The notes under the pieces are model-generated. The model worked only from the letters and a program-made list of their open reading frames with translations, searched no databases and was not told the DNA's origin. A DNA stretch of 64,000 nucleotides. It comes from Bacteroidales bacterium. Lineage in GTDB: Bacteria > Bacteroidota > Bacteroidia > Bacteroidales > B18-G4. Position numbers and translations under genes: made by a program. Positions 47,486-56,901 of this stretch are shown piece after piece (the first letter of the stretch is position 1; each line of letters begins with the position of its first letter). The stretch covers positions 15,395 to 79,394 of the forward strand of contig JAVVEM010000006.1 of NCBI GenBank assembly GCA_032250805.1, in the 5' to 3' direction.

Positions 47486-49732
47486 TTATTCTTCCATATT
47501 CATTTCAGATGCACCAACTGATTTTGTGGCAGTTTTTGCTGTGGGTGTATCAATGATGGTGAGTTCGTCGATGAGGTTTTGGGCTCCCGCCATTTTATCA
47601 ATGATAAAGAGCACGTACCTGATATCGACATTAATGGTGCGTTGCAGCTCAGGCTCAAAGGCGATGTCGCCGCTCATGGCTTCCCAGTTGCCATCAAAAG
47701 CGATCCCGATCAGTTCGCCCTTACCATTAATGACCGGGCTGCCTGAATTCCCGCCGGTGATGTCGTTTGTGGTGAGGAAACATACGATCATACGTTCTTC
47801 CCCATCGATCATTTCGCCATAACGGCCATAGTCTTTATTTCTGTAAAGCGTTTTCAATTTTTCTTCAACAATAAATTCATCGTTTGAGGGATCTTCCTTT
47901 TCCATCACTCCCTCAAGCGTGGTATAATAATCATAGAAAACGGCATCAGCGGCCACATAATCCTGCACCGAACCATAGGTCATACGCATCGTTGAATTGG
48001 CATCGGGATAGAATACCTTATCTGGCATTTGTTCGCGCAGCCCTGCAATAAAAAGCCGGTTATATTTATTCAGGTTCGTATTGGCCTGTCGGTACTGGCC
48101 CATTGCCTGTCCCATCATGGCGCTAAATTCTGTTGCCAGACGCAGGGCAGGGTCTTTTGCCAGTTTTTTTGCTTTGGGTTTTTCGAGAAATTCGCTGATC
48201 TCGTCCTGGTCATCAAAGATAGATTCTTCGAACACATATTCAGCCAAAGTAACAAAATCGCCATCCATTTCTTCTACCAGTTCGAGGAAATAGGCTGGTT
48301 GTTTATCAGTGGGCATATTTTTGTGGTAAACTTCCATCAGGGCAGCAAAAGCATCCCTGTCGGCAGGAGCGTAATAATTTTTAAAATGACCGGCCATTCC
48401 GTTTTTAAGCTGATCGGTGGTTTCATCAATGATCACATCTTCTGCCTTTGATTCGAGCATGTCCTTCAACTGGCCAAACCGGCTTGCAAATCCGAGTATC
48501 TCAGGCGAATTTGCCGCAATGGCAGTATAGGCAAGGTTAGGAAATTCTTCCGTCAGAATGGCATATGCTTCTTCCTGGGCTTTGATCACATTTCCGTAAA
48601 CTTTCTTTCTTTCGGGATCGGCATCGGCCCAGGCCTGGAATGATTGCTCAATATCTTCCTTTTTTCCTTTAACATTCAAGCGTTTAAGCCCGCGGATCTG
48701 ACCCAGGAACAATTTCCATGCATTTGCCAGTCCGGCATACTTGGAAGCATATTGTATACGCACAGCCTGGTTGGCATCCATATGTGTTTTCCATGCTTTT
48801 AACTGGGCATCAAAAATATCTACCAGTGTTGGCAGGAAAGCTTCAAGTTTATGCTCAATACCATATGAGGTGAGATAGCGTTCGGTACCTCCCGGGTATC
48901 CCCAGATCATTGCAAAATCGCCTTCTTCATAACCATTAAGGGAAATCGGAAGATGGTGTTTGGGCTTGAGGGGCACATTGTCTTCTGCATATTCTGCAGG
49001 CTCACCGTCGGGGCCGGCGTATACACGGAAAATCGAAAAATCGCCAGTATGGCGCGGCCACATCCAGTTATCGGTATCGCCGCCGTATTTTCCGATTGAT
49101 GATGGCGGTGCACCCACCAGTCTTACATCTTTATATACCTTATAAACAAAAAGATAGTATTCGTTGCCGCCGTAAAAAGAGGAAACACGGGCTTCATACT
49201 GTCCGTCTTCTTTTGCACGTTTGACAAGGCGGTCGTTGATCTTTCTTACTTCAGCACTCCGGTCGGTCTCAGTCAGGGTATCAGACAGAAAGGGAATAAT
49301 GCTGTCGGTAACATTCTCCATCCTGACAAGAAAAGAAGCAGCCATGTTTTCATTTGGCAACTCTTCTTCAAGGCTTGTGGCCCAGAAACCGTCTTTGAGG
49401 TAATCGTGCTCAACCGTGCTGTGTGTTTGAATGTTATTATAGCCACAATGATGGTTTGTAAATAACAATCCTTTATCGGAAACGATCTCGCCGGTACAGA
49501 AAAAACCACCAACGCCACCACCCGAAAGACCAACAATGGCATCTTTCAGGCTTGAATTGTTAACACTGTATATCTCTTCAGGAGTAAGCTGGAGGCCTGC
49601 TTCCTGCATATCGACATAATTCAGCCGCTCAACGAACATGGGCAGCCACATTCCTTCATCAGGCGGTTCATAAGCCATAGCTGCACCACCCAGCAGCCAT
49701 GCTGCAAATAATACTAATAAGAATCTTTTCAT
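47486..49732 (-). CDS. S46-family dipeptidyl-peptidase (DPP7/DPP11-like)
   Basis: 748 aa. Signal peptide, an N-terminal DEGMWLP motif, catalytic His region LFTNHHCG and Ser region GGNSGSPVINGKGELIGIAFDGNWE. Confidence 0.85.
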   Translation of the reverse strand: MKRFLLVLFAAWLLGGAAMAYEPPDEGMWLPMFVERLNYVDMQEAGLQLTPEEIYSVNNSSLKDAIVGLSGGGVGGFFCTGEIVSDKGLLFTNHHCGYNNIQTHSTVEHDYLKDGFWATSLEEELPNENMAASFLVRMENVTDSIIPFLSDTLTETDRSAEVRKINDRLVKRAKEDGQYEARVSSFYGGNEYYLFVYKVYKDVRLVGAPPSSIGKYGGDTDNWMWPRHTGDFSIFRVYAGPDGEPAEYAEDNVPLKPKHHLPISLNGYEEGDFAMIWGYPGGTERYLTSYGIEHKLEAFLPTLVDIFDAQLKAWKTHMDANQAVRIQYASKYAGLANAWKLFLGQIRGLKRLNVKGKKEDIEQSFQAWADADPERKKVYGNVIKAQEEAYAILTEEFPNLAYTAIAANSPEILGFASRFGQLKDMLESKAEDVIIDETTDQLKNGMAGHFKNYYAPADRDAFAALMEVYHKNMPTDKQPAYFLELVEEMDGDFVTLAEYVFEESIFDDQDEISEFLEKPKAKKLAKDPALRLATEFSAMMGQAMGQYRQANTNLNKYNRLFIAGLREQMPDKVFYPDANSTMRMTYGSVQDYVAADAVFYDYYTTLEGVMEKEDPSNDEFIVEEKLKTLYRNKDYGRYGEMIDGEERMIVCFLTTNDITGGNSGSPVINGKGELIGIAFDGNWEAMSGDIAFEPELQRTINVDIRYVLFIIDKMAGAQNLIDELTIIDTPTAKTATKSVGASEMNMEE

Positions 49733-49761
49733 GTTGTTTAAATTATGTTGTTTATTGATTA

Positions 49762-51453
49762 TTACAATCCTACATTTTCCGGTCCCTGGTCAAAATAAAT
49801 GTCGACAGGGATATTTGAACTGTTCAGCCTGTCAAGGTCGGTCTGTAATCCCTCAGGGACCATTGCTGATTCTTCAACCCAGGCTTTTGCGCCATCATAA
49901 TCGCCATTGCCCTGGATGGTAAGGATTTTCTGCATCAGGCTAATCATAGCTTGCTGCATTTGCTCAAAATTCACGGTATATGTGCCATCCTCATTGATGC
50001 TAAATGCGTCCTGTTCGGCAAAATAATTAAATCGCATCATATTGGCTTTGCCATGCGAGCTGGCAGCGCCAAAACGTGATGAACGGAAAATTCCGGCAAA
50101 AAAGGTTACATAGTTATCCATTACTTCTCCCTCATCAAGTTCACCCATTTCATATAGCCTGGTTACAAGGTAGAGGCCCATAATGTCGGCTTTTCCTTCT
50201 TCTATTGCAGAATATTGCTCTTTGAGTGCCTCCCTCACCGTTCCAGTTCCGTTAATGGTATTTTTTATTCCCATGGCATGCCCGACTTCATGAAACATGG
50301 TGTTTTCGAAAAATGCAGTAAACGTAATATACTGGCGTTGATCGGGATCGATAAGAAGATCTGATATGGGTACCAGGATCTTGTCGAACTTGGCTTTCAT
50401 CGCATTTTTGAGCTGTAATTTTCTTGATCCGTATTTTACGTGAACTTCTTCGTCGTTCGGCAGGTTGATGGCAATTGTCTTACTGCCAGCATTGCAATCG
50501 CCGGCATAAAAGATCACATCATAAGCATTCATGTCGGCTTTGCTTCCCGGAATATCTTTTTTGTATTTATCTTCTACCGGAAGTCCTTTCTGCAGGTCGG
50601 GTAACATGGAAGCGAATTTTTCGAGCCTCTGGCTCCATTCAATATCTTTCAGCAGTATAAATGATTCATAAGCTGCTTTGTAGCCGTACAGTGCATCTTC
50701 ATAATTTTCGATGGCCCCAACAACAAAGTCAATGTTGGTATTTTGCATTTCCATCCATGCAAAATCACTGGGCTGATATTTATCGGTGATCAGCGCTTCG
50801 GCCCTGAGTTCAAGGTATTTCTTCAAGCTGGTGTCTTCGGCCAGCGAGGCTGCCTTTATCATCAATTCAGATGCTTTATTCAGTTCGTTGGCATAGGCTT
50901 CGTGATACCACACTGTTTTAAGTGAACCATTCTCGTCTCTCCTGATAAGGGTATACAAGCTTGTTTTATTCTGATCTTCGAAGCTTTCAAATTCTTCTTT
51001 GGTCATATTTTCAGGATAAAAATTTGCCCCTTTGGGTTTTTCTCCAATTCCTGCAATAAAAGGCTTGTTATTGTTCAGCCTGTCCCAGGGCCCATAATTT
51101 ATTTTGGCAAATTTCAGGGTGCTTTCGTCCTGTATACGGGCGAGGAACTCTTCCGGCTGTCCGATCGTTTGTTTCCAGAAAAGCCCATCCATGATCCCTG
51201 CTACTTCGTAAAGAATGCTTACAATCTGTTGTTCATTTTCTGACAGATGCGCGAGCTTTGCCGTAAGTCTGAATGGTGCATAAATGCTCAGTCTTTCGTT
51301 TACATAATCCTGCGGGGCAGCTTCCAGTGAAGCCCCTGAAGGAATAATCGTTTGTGAATCTTCTGCTATTTTGTCAGATTTGTGTGGCAGGCACGATGCT
51401 ATAAGTAAAGCAATGACAAGGCCTGAAATGCTGAGGAAGGTTTTGGTTTTCAT
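49762..51453 (-). CDS. DPP3-family (M49-like) zinc metallopeptidase lipoprotein
   Basis: 563 aa. Lipobox LIASC. Zinc motif FHEVGHAMG with a downstream EEGKAD second motif. Confidence 0.65.
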   Translation of the reverse strand: MKTKTFLSISGLVIALLIASCLPHKSDKIAEDSQTIIPSGASLEAAPQDYVNERLSIYAPFRLTAKLAHLSENEQQIVSILYEVAGIMDGLFWKQTIGQPEEFLARIQDESTLKFAKINYGPWDRLNNNKPFIAGIGEKPKGANFYPENMTKEEFESFEDQNKTSLYTLIRRDENGSLKTVWYHEAYANELNKASELMIKAASLAEDTSLKKYLELRAEALITDKYQPSDFAWMEMQNTNIDFVVGAIENYEDALYGYKAAYESFILLKDIEWSQRLEKFASMLPDLQKGLPVEDKYKKDIPGSKADMNAYDVIFYAGDCNAGSKTIAINLPNDEEVHVKYGSRKLQLKNAMKAKFDKILVPISDLLIDPDQRQYITFTAFFENTMFHEVGHAMGIKNTINGTGTVREALKEQYSAIEEGKADIMGLYLVTRLYEMGELDEGEVMDNYVTFFAGIFRSSRFGAASSHGKANMMRFNYFAEQDAFSINEDGTYTVNFEQMQQAMISLMQKILTIQGNGDYDGAKAWVEESAMVPEGLQTDLDRLNSSNIPVDIYFDQGPENVGL

Positions 51454-51464
51454 GGCTGTGGTTT

Positions 51465-51497
51465 AAAATTCTTAATGGTGCTAAATTAAGAATATTT
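51465..51497 (-). terminator. hairpin downstream of the blaI/blaR1 operon
   Basis: ATTCTTAAT-ggtgctaa-ATTAAGAAT 9-bp stem, flanked by A/T runs. Confidence 0.35.
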
Positions 51498-51639
51498 TTA
51501 ACACTATCTGTTCAGTTGCGAACAACCCCCAAAAGCATAACATACCAACCAAAAAATGCAGGCAAACTTCGGGAAAATTCTTTCAAACAGTTTGCCCGCG
51601 ATTTGTTAAACGGAAAGGAAACTGAAAATTAGTAGAGGC

Positions 51640-52957
51640 TTATTTTTTCTCCTCCTCTTTTTTGTCGGGAGCAAGTAAAAATTTGATCGGAAGATTGTAC
51701 TGTACATTTACTGCTTTTCCACCCTGTTTGCCGGCTTTCCATAAAGGCATTTCCTTTACAACACGGACTGCTTCGTCGTCACAGCCATGTCCAATACCGC
51801 GCAGAACATTAACATTGGATACACTTCCGTCTTTTCTAACGATAAATGTTACATATACCGTTCCCTGTATTTTATTTGTTTTGGCCCCCTCGGGGTATTT
51901 TATGCTATGCCCCAGGTAGGTATACATGGCTTCAATTCCTCCAGGAAAAGCCGGCATTTCTTCAACAACGGCGAAAACTACCTCCTCAGGCTCGTCCTGC
52001 GATAGCTGCGAGGGTGCCTCAATGGGTTTCTCTGCATTTTTGACTGCCTTAGGCGGGGGCGGTGGCAATTCCTTCTTTTTTTCCTGGGCAATTAGATCAG
52101 GACTCATTGAAGTTGCCATAATCATGGTCAGGGCCAGTGGTAAAACAAGTAATAGTTTTAGTCTTGCCAGCTTTGTTGTTCTTTTTTTGGTCATCATAAT
52201 GAACCTCCTTTTTAAAAGTGATTTACTGAAATTGTTTGCCAGATCGCTGATCTGGATCCCCGTACTTTGCTCAAAGAGCAATGCACTGTAGACGTTTGCG
52301 TCTACCCCGCTGTGCAGTACCCCTTCATCGGCCATAAATTCATGCAATGTTTTAATGGCATGCCTGTACATCCAGATGAAAGGATTAACCCATTGGAATA
52401 TGGTTATGATTTCAAGAATGATAAGATCGAAACTGTGACCCTGTTTGATATGTATCATCTCATGGGCAATGATCTTTTTTGTACCTGTAGAATCCGTATC
52501 CGGATTGTTGAGAAAAATGAGATTGAAAAAGAAAAGGGCGAAAATTTTTTATCGGCAATATGATTCGGATTCCATGCCTTTCTGAAATTCCGTAACGTCT
52601 GACCAGCAAAGCCAGTTGAAGAAGCTGATAGATGAAACGAAATGAGAATATTGCCATGCCAGTTATATAAACGATAATAACAGTCTGGAAAATACTGGTG
52701 TTTCCTCTCATTGTTTCGATCATGCCTTCGGGTGTGATTGTAATCGGGTCGAGTAACACCATATACAGGCCTGTTGAAGGATTCAGAAAGTTTATAAAAT
52801 CAATGAAAGGGACGGTCACCGAAATGAGCAGTGCCGAAAGCAGATAAAAGCGATTGGTTTTAAAAAATGTGTCCTTCCTCAGAAAAAGATAGTAGACAAG
52901 GTAAAATAGCGATATCGATATCGACGACTGAATGATTATGGTGAGCAGGCTATTCAT
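51640..52957 (-). pseudogene. BlaR1/M56-family sensor peptidase fused to a TonB C-terminal domain, split by a frameshift
   Basis: Two abutting ORFs. 52460-52957 carries the N-terminal TM region. 51640-52458 carries the HExxH onwards. The downstream frame stays open upstream to 52548 and reads FFNLIFLNNPDTDSTGTKKIIAHEMIHIKQGHS, so the zinc-site HEMIH is intact in frame 2 only. The C-terminus is a Pro-rich linker plus a TonB_C-like domain (GTVYVTFIV..DGSV..V.VLRG). Confidence 0.7.
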
Positions 52958-53336
52958 TGTCTTGTATTTTTTTGCGGATTATTTCCTCGGCCATGGCTTG
53001 CTTTAGCTCTTCGAGCTCGGCAATGTTGAGGTTGCTGTCGGAAGTAAAGAACGACACCATTTCGCGGTACGAATTGCCAAAATAATTTTTCATAAAATGG
53101 CCGAAATACGATTTTGTATATTCTTTTTTCGAAACCAGGGGATAATATTCATAAGATTTTCCGTACGCATTATGATCAACAAATCCCTTTTTTTCAAGTA
53201 TGCGAACGATTGTTGAAACCGTATTGTAAGCCGGCCTGGGCTCGGGCAACTCAGCCAGAATATCGTTAATAAAGGCTTTTTTCAGTTTCCAGAGGATCTG
53301 CATCAATTGTTCTTCTGCTTTGGTGAGTTCTTTCAT
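52950..53336 (-). CDS. blaI: BlaI/MecI/CopY-family transcriptional repressor
   Basis: 128 aa winged-helix protein. MKELTKAEEQLMQILW...YNTVSTIVRILEKKGFV. It overlaps the downstream blaR1-like ORF by 8 nt. Confidence 0.85.
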   Translation of the reverse strand: MKELTKAEEQLMQILWKLKKAFINDILAELPEPRPAYNTVSTIVRILEKKGFVDHNAYGKSYEYYPLVSKKEYTKSYFGHFMKNYFGNSYREMVSFFTSDSNLNIAELEELKQAMAEEIIRKKIQDNE

Positions 53337-53359
53337 ACAGCCATGTTTGTCAGGTTCGA

Positions 53360-53375
53360 AACTAAAAAGTTAGTT
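53360..53375. promoter_or_regulatory. palindromic candidate BlaI operator 1 (AACTAAAAAGTTAGTT)
   Basis: AACTAA/TTAGTT inverted repeat with a 4-nt spacer, 24 nt upstream of the blaI ATG. Confidence 0.45.
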
Positions 53376-53428
53376 GTTTTGCTTAAAAAAAGACATCGTC
53401 TTAACATGAATAGATTCATATATCTTGC

Positions 53429-53473
53429 CAAATATACAACTAAAAAATTAGTTATGCAACTAAAAAGGCAGTT
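53429..53473. promoter_or_regulatory. candidate blaI -7 box (minus-strand TATATTTG, 53429-53436) plus operators 2 and 3
   Basis: AACTAAAAAATTAGTT (53438-53453) is a perfect palindrome of the same half-sites as operator 1. AACTAAAAAGGCAGTT (53458-53473) is a degenerate third copy. Confidence 0.4.
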
Positions 53474-53824
53474 AAATGTAAAAAAATATAGTGAATGAAA
53501 TTTTTTAATTAGCTGTTGATGCTCGAATAATATAAGCGGAGGTATAAGAAAATATACTTGTGAACGAAGAAATTAGTTTTCAAAAAACAACCTTACAGCT
53601 CTACTTTTATTCAAGTTTTGAATATTGCGCGATCACAGAATTAATCAGGATCCGGAAAATCATACAATCAATAAGCTGCGTCATACCTATAGGGTTAATA
53701 AGGGGATGAAGATGATGATAAAAGGTATTGGGAAGCATTATTTTGTGTAAGTTTACAATGCGCTACAAAATAGCTTACATTTCGTTTCGTTATCATCCCT
53801 GAAAGGATTAAAATCAGACATCAA

Positions 53825-55330
53825 ATGAATTCATATTCTCGGAAAAAAAGATGGAAGTGGATACTGTTTTCTTTTGCGGTGGTTATTGTGACAGCTTCAT
53901 TATGGTACACCAATATCATCGTTAAGAAGATTGCTGAATCGGAAAGGCAAAACGTAAAGATCTGGGCCAATGCCCTTCAGCGGAAAGCAAATCTTGTGGC
54001 TTATACCGACAGTTTTTTTGAAGAAATAAGGGAAGAGGAAAGAAAGCGGGCCGAAATACTTGCCGATGCCTCGAAGAATATGATGAAAGAGGTAAATTCA
54101 GACGTGATCGATATCTATTATAAGATCATCAGGGGCAATACCACCATACCCGTGATCATGACGAAACAGAACGACAGCATTATTCATGCCCGCAACGTAC
54201 CCGACAGCGTGAGCCGTTATGATGTACTGAAAGGTGATCTGAAAAAGGAATTCACAGTGTATAAGCCCATCAGGATCGAATATCTGCCCGGAGAAGTACA
54301 GATGCTGTATTTTAAAGAATCGTTGATCTACACTGAGTTACGGCAGGTATTAAACGACCTGAATGAATCATTTCTCTCAGAGGTAGTTGAAAATGCTGTA
54401 TCAGTTCCGGTTATCATTACCGACAGCACGAAACAACATGTCTTATTATCGGGAAATCTCGGTGAAGGAAATAGCACTGATTCCGTATTCCTTGCAAAAA
54501 CACTTGCCGAAATGGCTTCAGAAAACCGGCCAATCGAAATTACGCTTTCGGGACCTGAAAAACGATATATTTTCTATAAAAGTTCGGCCATACAGACACA
54601 GTTAACCATTTATCCTTATGTACAGTTCGGAGTGATCGGTCTTTTTCTTTTGATCACATATTTTTTATTCAGCACATCGCGTCGTTCTGAGCAGGATCGT
54701 GTTTGGGTTGGCATGTCGAAAGAAACCGCACACCAGCTCGGCACCCCACTCTCTTCAATGATGGCCTGGCTTGAGCTTATGAAACTGAAAGGAATTGAAG
54801 ACGAGGGCTTAACGGAGATCAGAAAAGACATAGACCGGCTTGAGAACATCACCGATCGTTTTTCAAAGATCGGATCACCCCCAAGCCTTGATCCGGTTAA
54901 TGTTGTTGATGTTGTATACAGCTCAACCGAATACATTAAATCACGCACCTCAAAGAAGGTTGAATACAATATCAGGGTACCCGGTAATCGTCCGATCATT
55001 GTCCCTTTAAATGCGCATCTGTTCAGCTGGGTTATCGAAAACCTTGTAAAAAATGCCATTGATGCCATGGCTGGAAATGGTAAGATAAGCATCTCGGTTG
55101 AAGAAGAAAAAAACCATGTGGTTATTGATGTGAGTGATACGGGCAAGGGCATTCACAAATCCCATTTTAAAGCTATTTTTAACCCGGGCTATACCAGTAA
55201 GAAACGGGGATGGGGACTGGGATTATCGCTTTCCAAACGCATTATCAGGGATTATCATAAGGGAAAGATCTTTGTAAAGCATTCATATCCCGGCCGGGAT
55301 ACAACATTTAGGATCATATTGAAAAAATAA
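53825..55330 (+). CDS. sensor histidine kinase (two TM, extracytoplasmic sensor, HisKA + HATPase_c)
   Basis: 501 aa. H-box ETAHQLGTPLSS. N box VIENLVKNAIDA. G boxes DTGKGI and GWGLGLSLSKRI. No adjacent response regulator. Confidence 0.85.
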   Translation: MNSYSRKKRWKWILFSFAVVIVTASLWYTNIIVKKIAESERQNVKIWANALQRKANLVAYTDSFFEEIREEERKRAEILADASKNMMKEVNSDVIDIYYKIIRGNTTIPVIMTKQNDSIIHARNVPDSVSRYDVLKGDLKKEFTVYKPIRIEYLPGEVQMLYFKESLIYTELRQVLNDLNESFLSEVVENAVSVPVIITDSTKQHVLLSGNLGEGNSTDSVFLAKTLAEMASENRPIEITLSGPEKRYIFYKSSAIQTQLTIYPYVQFGVIGLFLLITYFLFSTSRRSEQDRVWVGMSKETAHQLGTPLSSMMAWLELMKLKGIEDEGLTEIRKDIDRLENITDRFSKIGSPPSLDPVNVVDVVYSSTEYIKSRTSKKVEYNIRVPGNRPIIVPLNAHLFSWVIENLVKNAIDAMAGNGKISISVEEEKNHVVIDVSDTGKGIHKSHFKAIFNPGYTSKKRGWGLGLSLSKRIIRDYHKGKIFVKHSYPGRDTTFRIILKK

Positions 55331-55332
55331 GA

Positions 55333-56898
55333 TCAGAAGGGAAAATCTTCTTCAGGATCGGGTTGTTCCAATTGTTTTGTTTCGGGCTTATCAGCGATCA
55401 GATGGATTGGATTTCCTTCAACAAAGATTGATTTGGGATCAGTTGGGCAGGCATATTCGCAAGCCCCGCAGCCGATGCAAATATCAGGATAAATTACAGG
55501 GAGGAACAAATTAAACCTGAAAGGCTCCATTTTTACTGCCTTGGTAGGGCAATGCTCCGAGCAGGCACCGCAATCCGTTCCATCGGTATACACAATACAA
55601 TTTTGCTTGATAAATTTTACTTTTCCAAGTTGCAGTAAATGTTTTTCTTCCATATTCAGCGGTTGCAGGGCACCCGTAGGGCATACTTCGGTGCATGCCA
55701 CGCAATCGAAGTTGCAGTAATTGGCATGATAATCCAAGCGGGGTTGCATGATGCCGGCCAGTCCGTATTCAAACCATGCAGGTTTGATCACATGCGTCGG
55801 ACAAATGCTTACACACAAATGACAAGCAGTGCAGGCCTTGTTGAATGCTTCAATACTAACCGATCCCGGAGGAGAAACAGGATTTTCCTTAATCACTTCA
55901 TGCATGCCCTTGTGCTTACCTTTTTTACAGTTTTCTGTTGTGGCATACAGGGGCATTACAGCAAGCGAAGCCGTTACACCCATAGCCTTGCCCAGCAGCT
56001 CCCTGCGTGCAGGATCGTAAGTTTTAAGACTTACTGCAGCCTGCCTGTTTGTCCGGCTAAAAACCACTCCATTGCTTGGGCACGACGTGAGGCAATTCAG
56101 GCAGCCGACACAGCGCGAAAAGTCGACTTCGCGTGATTTAATGTCGATACAACCGGCCTTGCATACTGCCGAACATTTTCCGCAGGAGGTACAAAGCGTT
56201 TTGTCAAGCCTGATCCTGAAAAGAGAAAACCTTGAGAACAATCCCAGGAATGCACCTACCGGACAGAGGCTATTACAGAACAAGCGGGCATATTTAACGG
56301 ATAGCCAAAAGACAAGGAAAAAGAAAGATGCTGAAAAAGCAACCGAAAACCAATGAGTTACACCGGGCTCTACTTTATAAAGTGTATATACTTCCATCGT
56401 TTCCAGGGTAACTGCACCCTGGTTATTTAGCAGGAGATATACCGGCCTGAATAAATTTGCTGCTATCCGGCCGTAATTGCTGTAGGGATCCAGAAATAGC
56501 AAAGGAGTGATGAGCCCCAGAAGAAGCAGAAGTGCAGAAACGGCCAGCAAACCATATTGCAGAAAATAAATTGAACGCTGAACCCTGAACTTTTTCTTCT
56601 TAGCGAACGGCTTCTTTAATCTGATAATAATATCCTGGAAGGTGCCCAGCGGGCACAGGGTAGAACAGTATATTCTTCCGAAAAGGAGATTAAGCAGAAT
56701 AATAAAAATAAAACCCGTGGCAGCCAGTGCTGCTATACCAATAAAATTAAGCAGCGAAGGTAGGAATTGCGTATATAGTATGCCCTGTATTAGTTTCCCT
56801 GACAGAGCATTGGTAAAATCAATAAATATAAAGCTGATCAGCAGAAAAAATACCAGTGAAATAACAACACGAGCTTTTTTCAGTATTCTGAAATTCAT
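55333..56898 (-). CDS. membrane-bound polyferredoxin (NapH/MauN/YccM-like, 2x CX3CP + six 4Fe-4S motifs)
   Basis: 521 aa. TM helices with CSTLCPLG and CNSLCPVG. Then CTSCGKCSAVC, CVGCLNCLTSCP, CTACHLCVSICP, CVACTEVCP, CGACSEHCP and CIGCGACEYACP. Confidence 0.8.
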   Translation of the reverse strand: MNFRILKKARVVISLVFFLLISFIFIDFTNALSGKLIQGILYTQFLPSLLNFIGIAALAATGFIFIILLNLLFGRIYCSTLCPLGTFQDIIIRLKKPFAKKKKFRVQRSIYFLQYGLLAVSALLLLLGLITPLLFLDPYSNYGRIAANLFRPVYLLLNNQGAVTLETMEVYTLYKVEPGVTHWFSVAFSASFFFLVFWLSVKYARLFCNSLCPVGAFLGLFSRFSLFRIRLDKTLCTSCGKCSAVCKAGCIDIKSREVDFSRCVGCLNCLTSCPSNGVVFSRTNRQAAVSLKTYDPARRELLGKAMGVTASLAVMPLYATTENCKKGKHKGMHEVIKENPVSPPGSVSIEAFNKACTACHLCVSICPTHVIKPAWFEYGLAGIMQPRLDYHANYCNFDCVACTEVCPTGALQPLNMEEKHLLQLGKVKFIKQNCIVYTDGTDCGACSEHCPTKAVKMEPFRFNLFLPVIYPDICIGCGACEYACPTDPKSIFVEGNPIHLIADKPETKQLEQPDPEEDFPF

Positions 56899-56901
56899 TG
56901 C

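Noticed and set aside
54616-55152. 178-aa minus-strand ORF inside the histidine kinase gene. The 171-aa plus-strand ORF at 56642-57157 across the polyferredoxin/DUF362 junction is similar.
   Set aside because: Both are antisense to genes with strong catalytic motifs, and they have no motifs of their own.
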